A DNA stretch of 63,758 bases, counting the filler, from Conidiobolus incongruus B7586 (taxonomy: Eukaryota): NCBI GenBank assembly GCA_000697335.1. It is 7 parts of 7 records of this genome, joined end to end, with 100 filler letters (N's around TTAATTAATTAA, not from the genome) between each part and the next. Parts side by side here need not be neighbours in the genome. Positions count along the whole stretch, not along the records: positions 20,222 to 51,085 come from JNEM01006974.1; 6 more parts are not named here. One strand, given 5' to 3'. Of the stretch, positions 27,322 through 41,956 are shown piece after piece. The notes beneath the pieces are model-generated. The model ran no database searches. It was not told the origin of the DNA and saw nothing but the letters and a program-made list of their open reading frames with translations. The number at the start of each line of letters is the position of its first letter. The stretch's first letter is position 1. Both the position numbers and the translations under genes were made by a program.

Positions 27322-29023
27322 ATATTACTATACTATTAATAAATCAAGTTTTAAAATAAGTCTCATTTTTTAATTATCAAGGAGAATTTAATCTAAATCT
27401 GGATTAATTTATAAATTTTTCTTTTCAAATGATCACAATATCCAAATTTCGATCAATAGTGTAATATACTTAATCAGTTAAAAATTACTTACAAATCACG
27501 ATTTCTACTATTAGCACAAATTTCAGATATTAATTCTCCAGGCCAGTGTGATAGATGACAGTGTATTAATTTGATTCTGTAAACAATCAAAATAATCAAT
27601 TATGCAATCAAAAATCTTATTTAACTATTTGTTATAGGCTATTAATGATTTTATATCAATATTATTATATAACAGGCATTCATCCCAAATATAAATACAT
27701 TTATTTTATAATGATATACTCAAATTGTTTTGTTTTTGTTATCATTTTTTCTTGGTCATAATTTATATATAGGTTTGGGCAAATTGTGATATTTCTTATA
27801 GTATTAAATATTTTATAAATTTTATTTTTTTATAAGTTCCTGTTGTTTGAAAAGTAGAAAATAAGAGAAATAACCCAATATCAAAACTAACACCAAGTTT
27901 TCACTTATCAATTATCAACTATTCAAATAAATATGAAATTATATGAATACAATGAAAATAAGAAATATTATTCTATTTTAAATACATATGTATATATATT
28001 ATTGCTAATGAAATAATTTGATATTGTATAAAATTTAATACTTTAAATGAAAGAATTTTTGAAAATAGTTTTTAATTTATTTACAGTTTATTAACTTGAA
28101 TAAATATCACGTTCTATATTTAAGTCCTAATATTAGATATAGCATATTTAAATTTATATGAACTTATTTTTTAATTTTTAAGATGAAATTATTTTATTAG
28201 ATATAAAATTGGATTTTATACTTGATTATTTATCCTCTAGTTTTGATACCAATGTGGAAAAATTTTTTGTTATTCTCTCTTGATATTATGATATATAGAA
28301 TTAATAAAACCTTTTAAATATTATATTTAGAATTTGAATAAACAACTCTAATATAACCTAACTACTCGTTTTTTAGTTTATATTGAAAATAATGATGGTG
28401 ATATTTGATATATTTTAATTGAATAGAGGTTATTAAATATAATTATTGAAATCGATTATTTTTCAATATTATATTTTCCTGATGATTCAAATATTGATAC
28501 CAATACAATTTTAAATAAATACTGAAAGATAAAATTTATAGTTTAAATATCAATTGTTTTTTTCTTTTGAAAATAATAGCAATATTAATGTATAGTGGGA
28601 TGATTATATTAAGAATATAAAAATATTTTCTCTATATTTAAATCCGAGATATGTTAATATGTTAAATTTATTATAAATGATGTGTTAATGACGAATAATG
28701 AAATCATCAAATAATAGTTATAATTATAAATATACAACCATAACTTTGGAACAAAATTTTTTATAAAAATAAATAATAATTATATAAATTATAAAAGTTA
28801 TCTTTAATTTTTGAAAAGAAATCAAGTGGTTTTGTTTCAACTAAGCTTAAATTAGCAAGTATTGATTAGATTTAAAATTTCAATTAAGTTTCAAATTTTT
28901 CATTTTATACAAATTGATCAGAGGTGTTCTAGTTTTGAAAAAAGTTTAAATTGTTATCAATTGTCTATAATATTCCATTTTTATTTCATCATTTAGAAAT
29001 ATTGATTGTAAAAGCTTAGGTCA

Positions 29024-29783
29024 ATGCCTTCAAAGTATTTAGAACCTGATGAAAATTTAACTACTTTACCAAGACCACCTATACCTTCCAAGACTGCTTT
29101 AAATGTTCCTAAAATCAATATTGAAGAGAGTTTTGTGAGTCCTGGTAATACGTATACATTGAGCTTGGGAAAAAATTTTCACGAAATAATATTAAATGAA
29201 AATTTTAAAAGTTCTGTAGCTGCTAAGCCAAACATTATTAGGTTGAACTTCAGAATTTTTCAATTTTTTATATCTTTATTTTATTTGGTATTGGCTATGA
29301 TTCCATTAAAAGTAATGATAATATATACTTTGATGGATTCTTTTACTAATAGGATAGTTTTAGATACCTGAGAATGACGATTTGCCTTTTTTACAATACT
29401 ATGAGTCTTGTTGGATATTTTTAATAGTGACGAGCTGTTTTACAATGTTGATAAGTATATTTTTTATGTACGATTATTATCTTAGAAGGGTGGAATATCG
29501 TGTAAAATTTAAAAGGATTTACTTAATATCAATCGATTTTATCATGAGCTTATTCTGGTTTTCAGGTCTTTTAACTTTATTTATTAATGCAACATGTCCA
29601 ATTGGTACCATGGATGGAATGTAAGTAACTATTATATATATATCTATATTATCTGAAATATTTCAATTAATTTTCTTTAGATGTGATTTGTATAATGTCA
29701 CTTTATTCTTTGGATTTTTAAACTTTTCTATTTATTTAAGTATGTTCTGTTGGGATATCATTGGTACTTTTAGACAAGTATAA
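29024..29783 (+). CDS. MARVEL-like four-TM membrane protein; exons 29024-29311, 29364-29620, 29681-29783
   Basis: In-frame GT-AG splicing. Contains RLNFRIFQ, IDFIMSLFWFSG, and a CP-x6-C loop before the last TM segment. Confidence 0.7.
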
Positions 29784-30024
29784 TATATTTTGTATATTGT
29801 TATTTTATGCATTTATCTACTCATTCACCATCACATATATAATCATAAATTAATAAATTAATAAATTCATCTTGTATCATATGGCATTTTAATATATATC
29901 AAATCTATTTCCTAATAATTTCATCAGCATCCTTTAATACATTGATAGCCTTTAAAATGACGATAAAAAATTGAATTAATTTATCAATTATAAGTGTGGA
30001 TATGATTCGAAATTTATTGGATTA

Positions 30025-30907
30025 TTAAATCAAAGCATTTGCATCAGTCTTAGCTCTAACAGGATTGGTCTTTAAATCCTGAATGAGCTTCTTCATCCTT
30101 GAAGTATCTTTAAATGATTGATTGGCAGTAACTTTGATGGGGATAGCTTCAATAATATTATGAACCTTCTCCCATCCTTGACCTTGTAATTGGTCGAAAG
30201 TTTGATTATTATTTTGATTTGACCTAAGTAATGAATATGATTTAATATAAAATACTAATTATAATATAAATATTAACTTACTTGGCACTTCTTTCGCTCT
30301 TTTGCTTATTTAATTTTTGTTGATAATCGTCATTGAATTTCTGTAAATAATCTTGAGCTTGTTCAATGGTCTTAGCCTTTAAACTCTTTAGTTTTTCATC
30401 TCTGCTCTCAATATCAGCACGTTGTCTTTGTTCACTCTCTCTATAAAATATGCAATAAAATATAAAGAAATATTCAAATTTGATGTTATATAATTACCTT
30501 AAGAATTTAGTATCTTGGACTGAAAAATCATAGTTATGCTGAGGAGGACTCTTAGCCTTATTGTCATATTCATTAAAACTGGAGGGGGTAGGGGGAAATG
30601 GGGAAGCAGAAGGCTGATGAGTGGGAGGAGAAGTGGGAAGTGCAGTGTTCAAAGCTTCTACTGGAGGAAATTGAGTCATTTCATCTTCGTGATTAAAATT
30701 GGCAACTGAAGGAGGAACAACACTTCCTGGCACGGACCATTCGGATTGGTTATCAAAATTATCAAAGTCACTGACATGTGGAACTGCTGAAGGAGTCTCT
30801 GTGATTGTGGAATGAGTATCACCACCAGGCATGAAATCTTCACCTAAAATAGCACGTTCACGAGCTAAGAAATCGGCGGTAGGATCTTCACTATCAAAGT
30901 TAGACAT
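30025..30907 (-). CDS. CLC1: Clathrin light chain; exons 30907-30498, 30440-30282, 30223-30025
   Basis: DFLARERAILGEDF, FPPVE, a central coiled coil, and C-terminal WEKV...DTSRMKKLIQDLK. Confidence 0.88.
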
Positions 30908-32122
30908 TTTTATATTATTTTATTCTAATTCAATTGATTATTGTTATTATTCAATTCAGTCACTTCAATGGTTGCTTAAGTTAATTTATTTTTCATTGTG
31001 GGACTTTAAACTTAAATCAGGTGAACATTGAATTTTAAAAATCTTTTAATATTGAAATTTTGAAATTTTTGACATTTAATCTTAATATTAATTATTTGAA
31101 TATTTCATTAGAAACTTTTTTAAATTAATTTCAATATATTTATTAATAAATTATTTTATATTTGCAATTGATAAGTATTGGTGTATTGAAATTATTTAAC
31201 ATATTCTACATTTGACTATGATCAAAATTTTAATATAATTAAATATTATACACTGAAAAGAAATTATCGAGATTTTTGATGCAGATATATAAATATATAA
31301 TGACAACAGTGTATAATCATAATTATCTCATATTTCGGTCATTTATCTTTAATAACCATTATGCATGGTTAATCAATCGATCATAATGTGTTTTTCAATT
31401 TTTTCTACCTTAAGGAACGGCTTTTACATTCTTAAATCATTAAGCACGAAAATAAAATTACACTTATTTTAGAGAACCTAAGATCGATAATATGTATAAT
31501 ATTGTAAATGTTATGAAGATAACAATTAAATATAATTTTTTTATGCAATTTGTCTTTATTAATTTTAAATATCAAATTTAAAAATATAAATTAATAATTA
31601 TAATAATTCTACATTTAAATAGAAAAAAATTATAATAAAATTTAACCATCAAATGAATCTTATATTTTTTATCAATAATGATTCAAATTAAATACAAATT
31701 TTATTATTCAGATTTCACAAATAGATTCTTATAAATTTTTAATTCATTTATTATTTTAATCAAAAAAATTATTATATAATATATGTATAGTGTTTTTTAT
31801 TTGACATAAATAAGAAGTGTTCAAAGTAAAATTATCTATTTTAGATAAATTTTTATAATATTAAAATTTAATATTAATTAATATATTTTCAAGATTTTAA
31901 TTATTATTAAATCTTTGATTTACAATATTAAATAATTAAAAAAGAATATAAATTAAAAAAATGAAATCCCATAAGTTAAAATAAAATCATTGAGTAATTT
32001 AGATTTAACCTACATCATCATCACTTATACTAAATATCAAAATTAGATAAAATATTTAATTATAATAAAATAAAGATATAATATTAAATTAAATTGTTTG
32101 AATATAAATTATATTAATTATA

Positions 32123-33976
32123 ATGGTAAGATTTTATTTACCAAATTTTATTCATCTTAATATTCATATAATACGTTAATATTCAAGAATTATTATTCAA
32201 ATTATTTTAATTAGAATTTTATTAACTAAGCTGCTTTTAATAGTCTTTAGCTCCTGTTCAAATCTTTAATCAAGAAGCTACCGAAGAACGTGGTGAAATC
32301 GCACGTTTGGTAATTAATTGTAGATTGTTTATTTAGTATTATTTATTAATAATTTATTAGTCGTCTTTCATTGGTGCCATCGCTGTTGGAGATCTCGTCA
32401 AAAGCACATTAGGTCCCAAGGGAATGGTAATTTGCATTTATATACAATGTTTAGTCTATTTTATTTAACTATTAAATAGGACAAAATTCTTCAATCTCCC
32501 AACGGCGATATCGTTGTCACAAATGACGGTGCCACTATTCTCAAATCCATTGCTTTAGATAACGCTGCCGCCAAAGTTTTGGTAAATCTTTCCAAAGTCC
32601 AAGATGATGAAGTTGGCGATGGTACAACTTCCGTCTGTGTTCTCGCTGCTGAACTCCTCCGTGAAGCCGAAAAGCTCATCAATAAGCGCATCCACCCCCA
32701 AACTATTGTTGACGGTTTCCGTGCCGCTAGTAAAGTTGCTTTGGAAGCTTTGGAAAAATCCGCTATTGATAACAGTAAAAATACTGAAGCTTTCCGTGAA
32801 GATTTAGTCAATATTGCTAGAACTACTCTCAGTTCTAAGGTTTTGTCCACCAACAAAGATTATTTCGCCAACTTGGCTGTTGATGCCGTCCTTCGCTTAA
32901 AGGTAAGCAATATGTATTTATATTTTCAATGATTAGTATTCATCATATTTTAGGGAAGTACCAATTTAGATAATATTCAAATCATCAAAAAAGTTGGTGG
33001 AAAACTGTCCGACTCATACTTAGATGAAGGTTTTATCCTTGACAAGAAGATTGGTGTCAACCAACCCAAGAGAATCGAAAATGCTAAAATTTTAGTTGCC
33101 AACACTTCCATGGATACCGATAAAATTAAGATTTTTGGTGCTAGAGTTAGAGTCGATGCTACTGGTAAGCTTGCCGAGTTGGAACAAGCTGAAAAGGAAA
33201 AGATGAAAGCCAAGGTTGAAAAGATTAAGGCTCACGGTATCAATTGCTTCGTCAACCGTCAGTTAATCTACAACTGGCCCGAACAACTCTTTGCTGATGC
33301 TGGTATTATGGCTATCGAGCACGCCGATTTCGAAGGTGTTGAAAGATTGGCTCTTGTCTCTGGTGCCGAAATTGCTTCCACTTTTGAACATCCTGAACTT
33401 GTCAAACTCGGTACTTGTGATGTCATTGAAGAAATTATGATTGGTGAAGACAAAATGATCAAATTCTCAGGTGTCGCTGCTGGTGAGGCCTGTACAATTG
33501 TTCTCCGTGGTTCTACCAACCAACTTTTGGATGAAGCCGAACGCTCTTTACATGATGCCTTGTGTGTCATTTCTCAAACTGTCTTAGAACCCCGCACTGT
33601 TTTGGGAGGTGGCTGCTCAGAAATGTTGATGTCCAAGGCTGTTGACGAATTAGCTGCTCATACTCCTGGTAAGAAATCCGTCGCCATGGAATCTTTCGCT
33701 TTCGCTCTTCGTCAACTCCCCACCTACTTGGCCGATAATGCTGGTTATGATAGTGCTGATCTCGTTGCTCAGCTCAGATCTGCTCACTATGAAGGTAACA
33801 ACCAACACGGGCTTGACATGTACAACGGTAAGATTGCCAACGTTTCAGAACTCGGTATTACCGAATCCTTCAAGCTCAAAAGACAAGTTCTTTTAAGTGC
33901 CTCAGAAGCCGCCGAAATGATTCTCCGTGTTGATGATATCCTCCGCTCCGCCCCTAGAAAGAGAGAACGTATGTAA
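32123..33976 (+). CDS. CCT2: T-complex protein 1 subunit beta; exons 32123-32125, 32244-32309, 32361-32426, 32480-32902, 32954-33976
   Basis: [59 protein letters not shown], and C-terminal APRKRERM. Confidence 0.96.
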
Positions 33977-35058
33977 ATTCCTCATAATCAGTACACCTTC
34001 ATATACACTATTGGTTGCATACTTGAAATAATACAATATTATATAATTTATAACCATATGAATTTATCATATCATTATATTTCTTTTATATTTTAACATT
34101 ACAAGCTATCCATGTTATTTTTACATCAGATCTTATATTGTACTACAAATGAATTAATAGTGTATTATTGAGACGATCTATCATAATTCCATAATATAAA
34201 TTGATTTTGGATATGTTAAACTAACCTGTGTTTTTACCTGATGATTATAAATTTAATTTTTAATTTATTTCATCTCTCCTGTTGAAACTTCTATCAATAT
34301 GATTTACTTTTTTATAGATTCTTAAATTTACAAAATTTGATTTTTTTATTGAATAATATTTTATTATAAATATATTTCAAATTTCTATTGTTTAATACAA
34401 TATTATTTAATTAATTGTTAAATTTCATTTTTGGAAATTTAGTATTAAATTTATAATTTAAATTGAATCTTACATCAACTACTGAATATATAACTCCAGG
34501 TATTTAATGTCCAATAATTTCAATATTTTGTTATTAATATATTTTTACAAGAGAGAAATTTTTTAACATAAAAACTAACTAATTTTAATAAATACAACAA
34601 TTATAGCAAGTTTACTAATAAGTCTTGATAATCTACAAATATCATAACACATACTAATAGAATTAAACCAAAAATTTATTATGGTGTTAATTTTGGAGTA
34701 ATTTTTAAAATCTAATTTTGAAATGATTCTTTCAATAATTCAATATCATAATTAAAAAAAATAATAATTTGCAAAATATGATAAAAAACATTGCTGACTA
34801 TTATATGATTGAATAATTTTTACTTTAGATATTTATATCATCAACTAAAATTTGATAATAAAATTTGCTTAATTATTAAAACAATTTTGATTGAAATATT
34901 TTCAAGATTATTTTTAATATTATTTATTCAAAATAAATTAATAGATCTATACCCAAATAATTCAAATCTTCCTTTTTTAAAAAATAAATTATAATTCTAT
35001 TGTTATTTATTGAAGTTTGGTCATTTTACAGTTTATTAATAATAAAATTATAAAATAC

Positions 35059-36365
35059 TATTATACTATTATAAATAATAAACTTATTACCAATATATTA
35101 CTTCATATTTAATTATATATTTTTAAAATAAAAAAGTATATTATTTTTTGGTTACTAAATTCTCAAATTTATATTGAGTTTTTTTAAAAAAAACAATATA
35201 TATATATGATGTTTTTTTTATTAAAAAAATTAACTTTTGAAAATTTATTATTTAGATTAATTATACCTAAATTAAATAAATATTATTAAAAGTTTTTATC
35301 ATTTAATATTGATAATACCTAACTATAAACCTTTTAAAACAATTTGAAGTATATAAGTAACATTTAGAAATGATGAATAAATCAATTATTTATCACTGAG
35401 TAAATTTTTCTAAAGCTAAAAGAAAAATTATTTTATATTTATTAATATTTAAAAGTTCAAATTTAACTATCACCTTTTTAATTATTTATAAATTACAAAA
35501 ATATATTAAAAACCGCTTTTTTGTTTATATTAGATAATTACCAAAGTACTATGATATTAGGTATATAGGTATATTATATATATTAAATTTTAATCATATA
35601 TTAATTTATAAAAATATATAATAATAATATATTTTAACTAAAGCTAAAAATAAGCTAAAATAGCTATAATTAAATAAAAAATATTAAAGTATAATTAACA
35701 ACTAAAGCTTTTTTATCAATCTATTATAAATTATAAATTATTTTATATAACTTTTTATTTAAATATAAATCAAAATATTAAGCTAAGCTAAAATAATATT
35801 CTTTATGGATTTTGATAAATAAATATTTTATTAATAAATAAATACTAATAAATATAATAAACTATAATAATGTATCTTATTATCTTTAAATTTTTAAAAC
35901 AGAATTAATTAATAATAAGCCTTATATTATTTTTGTAATGAAATTATTTTTAATTAATTTTCTTAAATATATATTAAAAATATTTATTATTTTGGATAAA
36001 GATTAGTAAATACTTAGAGTTAAGATAAAAAATGATTTTCTAATAAAAAAATTATAAAAAAACTTTTATATATAATATATTAATTAGATTATAACTTATA
36101 TAGTTATAATTTCTTTTAGTAATTAAAAAATTAACTTATAATAAAGAATTTCTATAAAAAAATTAAATTAGTTTATAAACCATTGAATTTTATTATTAAT
36201 AAAAAAAATTTTATTATATATTAGAAGCTTGCTAAAAGTATGGCAAAAAGTTATTAATAATAAAAGAGAGTATTGATTATATATAAATTTGTAACTTATA
36301 TATATTTATATGTTTATTAATTATTAATCTCATAAAAGTCTTATTATTTAAAATCCAGAGTAATA
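35059..36365 (+). mobile_element. Highly degenerate mariner copy (~1.3 kb)
   Basis: 3' end ttattatttaaaatccagagtaata matches the TIR. LDYNLYSY and aaaagtatggcaaaaagtt match the other copies. Has an internal (TA)n. Left end approximate. Confidence 0.65.
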
Positions 36366-37872
36366 TTTTTTAATATATATAATATAATAATTATTTAATA
36401 AATGATTTAGATCCATTATTAAATACTTCTGAGTTTTATAAATTTTTTAAGTCTTTTTAGTATAATGATAAAAAATTTCAAATTTATTTTATAATATTAT
36501 AGATAAATTAAATTATCAAATAAACTCAAGACGTAATAATACAAATGATATTTTAATATGTCTATATATTGTTGATTGATAAAAATTTTCATTGTCATAA
36601 AATATGTTGAAAAAAAAATTCAAGATTGAAAAGCATTATTTGGAATAGATATCCAGAATTTTAAAGATTGCAAATTTAATGCACATTTTAAGAGTCATGG
36701 TAATTTACATATAGCAGTTAATAGAAGTAAGAAGGTTATAATTTATAACTTGCTGCTATTTGTTATATATTAGTTGAATTTATCTATTGAAATTTTTCAA
36801 TTGAGTAAATAATCTTAATTAAGAATATATATTAATATAGTTATTTTTGAAATAAAATATAAATTCAAGCGTCATACTAAATATTGTCAATAATTTTATA
36901 TGATGTACATAATATTATATAATATCTACTATCAAAATATTAATTTAAAAATTTTATTAAATAATATAATAAATTCAGTTTGAAAAGTGATATTAATATA
37001 TATTTTTATTTAATATAGTATTTAGATGCGTTGAATATGTAAAAGACTCATTCATAACTTAATCTATTTGGCTGTTTTAAATAATAATAAGGACAGTGTC
37101 AAACCACTTTCAATAATTACAAAATTATATCCTCAAAATCGGAATTATAATGTTTTACTCAGAATATATTATTTATCTCAGAGTTTTTACCAATTTTTAA
37201 TTTCAAATAATATGCATATTTATTGAATATCAAACAATTGATAGATAATTTTAGATAAGTTATATTGATATTATTAAATATCCTATACCATAATTCATAT
37301 TAATATATAATAGTATTTGTAAGTAATGTTTATATTTCTTGATTATTTTTATTTAAAGCAATATTTGTAATGTTATGGTCCATGAAATGTCTAGATATAA
37401 TTTTCGTTTACTGGTATTCAATATATTTATTTGTAATGCTGAAAAATGTGTTATTAAATCATTAAATATTCGTTTCAAAAACTACTCATTGTGCATATCC
37501 CCGTTTTTAGATCAACCTTACCAATTTTGAATAATATTTAAAGCATTGTAAACAAAAAATGTTCATCTTCAATTCACGCTAAATTAGATATTGATTGCAT
37601 ATCTTAGAGTATGTCAAAATTTATTCGCTGAATAGAGTGACAAAGATAAGTAACCTATTTATTTATATGCGGTTAATGTTACAATTCTTCAAAAACAATT
37701 ATTAAGATAATTTGAAACAAACCGCTATAGTTGCTTAGATATGTAAATATTTAAGTTTGGTGATTTTTTTACCCCCACATATTATTTAGCCATTATGAAC
37801 CAATTATTTTACAATATACTGTAACTATAATTATGATCATAAAAAATCATGGATTACTTTATCAAAAGAGAA

Positions 37873-38100
37873 TTAATTATGATTCAATCTGTTGAGCAAA
37901 AGAGTATTTTCAAAGGGATTCTGACGCTTTAAACAAAATAAACTACTGAATATTGAGAAATTGGTTGATATCTTCAACTGATTCATTTTTCGGATGGTAT
38001 AACTATAATAATCCAATTTAAATTGCCCAATATTTGAATAATTTTCGGCTGAAATGATATGAGAAATTAATAGAATGGATAACATTAATATTGATATCAT
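37873..38100 (-). CDS. Possible small or truncated secreted protein (signal-peptide-like N-terminus)
   Basis: Hydrophobic leader MISILMLSILLISHIISA. May be the 5' part of a decayed gene. Confidence 0.25.
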   Translation of the reverse strand: MISILMLSILLISHIISAENYSNIGQFKLDYYSYTIRKMNQLKISTNFSIFSSLFCLKRQNPFENTLLLNRLNHN

Positions 38101-38406
38101 TTCAGTTTTTATATTTTATTGTATTAAACATAATTATTTAAAAAATAATCAAGTTGCTTATTTTAATTTAAAAAGATCAGTTATTAAATTAATAGATTTT
38201 TGCCCATCAATCAAAGCACAATGCAATTAATGATTCAAGTATGGATTGTATAATTAAATCAAATTGATTTTTTTGCTCCAACACCACTTTATTAACACAT
38301 TGATACATCATCTTATATTTATTTATGTATAAAATCTTTTGAATATTAATCAACTGAAATACTTTTTATTTATTTAATTGACAAGTCCGAATCAAAATAA
38401 TTCTAT

Positions 38407-40088
38407 ATGATACTGTCAAACCAGCATGGACAAAAGATTCATACCCATCCCTGTATCAGATGTCGAGCACAAAAAAAGAAATGCGACAGACTGCTAACTT
38501 GCTCCAACTGTGCTAAAAGGAAAGTGCCCTGCGAGTATACCGTAGGGGAGAAACGAAGGCCATATCACGATAATATTACTGTTAAATTTAAAAAATTAGC
38601 TTCAACAGTTAATAGTTTAATTGATAAAATTGAGATTGAAGCGCAAGTTCCTAGAAGTAAAAGATTTAATCCTTCAGACCCTTGGTTAGGTAAACTTCAA
38701 GATTTAGAAACTTATCAAATTCCTCTACTTTATTTTCAATTAACTAAAATGAATAATTCCAGTATTATTTATAACAAAGGTAAATAATATTATACACTTT
38801 TTTACAATAATTAACCTTTTAACTGTTAGTGAGTAATTCAACAACGGAATACCTTTTGAATATGTTCTTCTTATTTCTACACCCTTTATCAACATTCATT
38901 GATAAACAAAAAGTTGTTGAAATTTCAAAATCACCAGAAAGCGGTAGTAATCCCTTATTGGCAACTATTTTACTAAGAGCTCAATTCTTTTTTATGACTT
39001 ATTTTAATCCTGAACAACCTCCTGTCAAAGAAGAAATGTATTTATATAAGCTCGCTTGTCATCTAATCGCTATCAACAGTCACAATCATAGTTTGGAAAT
39101 GATTCAAGCTTGTTTGTTAATTTCGGAATTTGAAGCTTCCTTCTGTTCTCCAAGAGCGGATTATCATTTGAATATTGCTGTGAAAATGAGTCATATGGAA
39201 AACTTATACTCTATTGAAAATTATATGAATATCAAAATGTCACATCAAGCTAAAATGTATAATTATATGACCTATTTAATGTTAGTAATAATGGAGGAGA
39301 GACTTTTCTTCCAAGTAAAGCTCACGGGATTGGCTACTATCACCAACAAATACAATCTACTTCATATATCAAACTGTTCCCAATTGGATCGTCCTATTGA
39401 CCTAATGATATATACTCAACTCTTATCACATTTCATATTCTACCTTGGTGATGTCCAATCTAAAGTCAATGCCAAAATGTCCAGAAATAATGAGTCACCA
39501 TTTCTCAAAACGTCAGATTTAGAAAAGATTCATAGAATTATAATTTTTGTACTTCACTACCCTCTACATCAAGCACATCAAGATTTGGGTGAATCCTTCA
39601 AAAACAAATTTTCATCTAACACCAACAGTCGCATTGTTTTACATATAACCTTAGCAGTGCTTGTCCGGTTTTTAGTGGATTTGAAACAACCATTTGAGAA
39701 TCGATCATTTGGAGTAGAAGCCAACTCGGAAAGCGAGGAATGGATGGCTAATATCATCCAAGGGTTTTCCAAAATCCTCGACCTCTCTCACAGTATCTGT
39801 CTTTCAATCATGAAATTTGCAAACACGAATACTGATTACGAAGAACACAGCTATGGTCTGCACCCTATCGAAGTTTCCGATTACAGAATGCCCTATGCCT
39901 ATTTCTACACCCTAAAGCATTTTATCAATATAGGATATTCCCACGACGACCCTGAAATCATCAAATTGGCAGACAAAGTCAAACTTACTTGTCGACTATG
40001 GGCCATTTCAGCTCCTCTTTCCAACCTCATTTCCCAAATTGCCAGAGTACCTTATTCGATTACCATTCACGATTTTAATAATCTATAA
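38407..40088 (+). CDS. Zn(II)2Cys6 fungal transcription factor; exons 38407-38779, 38830-40088
   Basis: Zinc cluster CIRCRAQKKKCDRLLTCSNCAKRKVPC, and a middle-homology-like region (FFLFLHPL, IQACLLIS). A 50-nt intron keeps the frame. Confidence 0.88.
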
Positions 40089-40765
40089 TTTTTTAATATA
40101 CATTGTTCTTTAATAAACAAACCTAATTTATTTATTTTTACCCAATTCATTTTTGAAATGTTCATTAATTTTATATTTTTATTGATTTATAATCTAATAA
40201 TATATAAATTTCTAATTTAATAATATTTTTTTTATTAAAACTAAAATATTTTTATTATTAAATTTTAATTTTAATAATTAATTACTTTAATATTAAAAAA
40301 TAAAGGTATTTTTTTTAAAATTAAGTATTTTGATACTAAATATTAAACAAAAGTATATAAATTATTTTCATGTTTTAAAATAAGTATTTATGAATTAAAA
40401 TTATCACAATTTTTAAATAAAAAAAAATTTAATATTTATTTAAGGCAAATATGGAAAAAATGATTGAGTTCCTAAAAATTAAATGGAAAAATGACATAAT
40501 CTTTGGATAATGACTCGGAAAGGTGTATTTTACTGATTCCTTAATTAATACTGCGAAATTTAAAAAAAACATCATTTCTGTCATATTAATATTATTGTAA
40601 GTCAAATAATATCAGATATAATGATTCAAACTGAATTTCATTTGAGTATAAATAATAAAATTCAAAATAAACTATAAATTAAAAGATAAAAACATTAATT
40701 TATTTAAATGATAGTTGGAAATATATATATATACGTGCGTTACAAAATTAATTATATAGGGTGAT

Positions 40766-41956
40766 TTAATGACCTACAAATTTTAATTCTGGAGGATTTC
40801 CATTAGGGTGATATTTGTGCTTATAAGAATCGTACAATTCTTTCAATGATGTGAGGTATTGGCTGTGAACTTCTTTGATCTCTTCGAATGTGGGGTTGGG
40901 ATTTCTCTTAACTTCAATAGGCTTACCAACTAAATACATCAATCATTAATATAAGAATTATTTTAAATGAGTAAGCTAAAATTATACTTACCAACAATGT
41001 GAAGAGGGACACGATGAGGAACCAAACCAAAGGTATATTGGATTAAACCTCTACCCATGACGAGAGGGAGTGTAAAGCCAAATACTTTTTTAATACTTCT
41101 TCTGATTGTGTGGAACGTTGAGCTTTCTTCTACTTCAATTTGATTGTATAAACTATTTTCACCAAATCCGTAAACTGGGACTAAATTAGCTCTAAAAACA
41201 CAGTTAATGAATATATATTATAGCAATTAATAATGCAACTTACCCATTCTGAATAGCAATTTTGACGAAACCAACACGATTTTCAAGTACTAATTCAGCC
41301 TTGTCTGGGGCGGCGTGTAAAGCTTCTTGAGCACCTCCGACAACAATGAGACAACTCTTACCAGGACCAGAGTTGAGGATATAATTAATAGAGGCCTTAG
41401 AAACAGAGCATGCACCAAGCATCATGAGCAATTCACGATGGAAAGGAATCTTGAAATTAACACTCAAAGTGAGAGGATGGATGACAAGGCCAGTGAACAA
41501 CTTAGAAATATTGACAGCTTCAGTACCAAAGCAAATTTGAGCGCCATAACCAATGAATCCATGGGGATGATAGCCAAAAATATAGTTTTTGGAAGGATCT
41601 AACTTAGCTTCCCTGTGGATGTAAGTTTGGAAAAAATCTGCTTGGTATTTGAATACTTTAAGATTACGAAACCAGTTCTGGCGACGTCCTCCCATTTCGG
41701 GAGCCTTGTCGAAGTAGATAAAAGCAAAGTAAGCAATGGTGAAAGGCCAGAGAACTGGAAAGCATAGCATAATAATAATGAGAATCAAACTGATAACCAT
41801 CCAGAATGGAATAAACATAGTTGAAAGTGTTTGGAGACGTCTGTGAAGAGGTATGTCGAGGGGTGCGAATTCAATATGAGGTAATTTGTCGACAAATGAT
41901 TTAGAAGGGGAGGACTTGGGTGAACCGGTTGAAGTATCTTTTTCTGGTGTAGACAT
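40766..41956 (-). CDS. DGA1: Diacylglycerol O-acyltransferase (DGAT2); exons 41956-41244, 41191-40992, 40929-40766
   Basis: FAPLDIPLHRRLQT, FGYHPHG, VVGGAQEAL, RVGFVKIA, LVPVYGFGEN and VVGKPI. Confidence 0.93.

Noticed and set aside
32123..32125. ATG-only first coding exon of CCT2
   Set aside because: A start-codon intron is a common eukaryotic feature and not novel.
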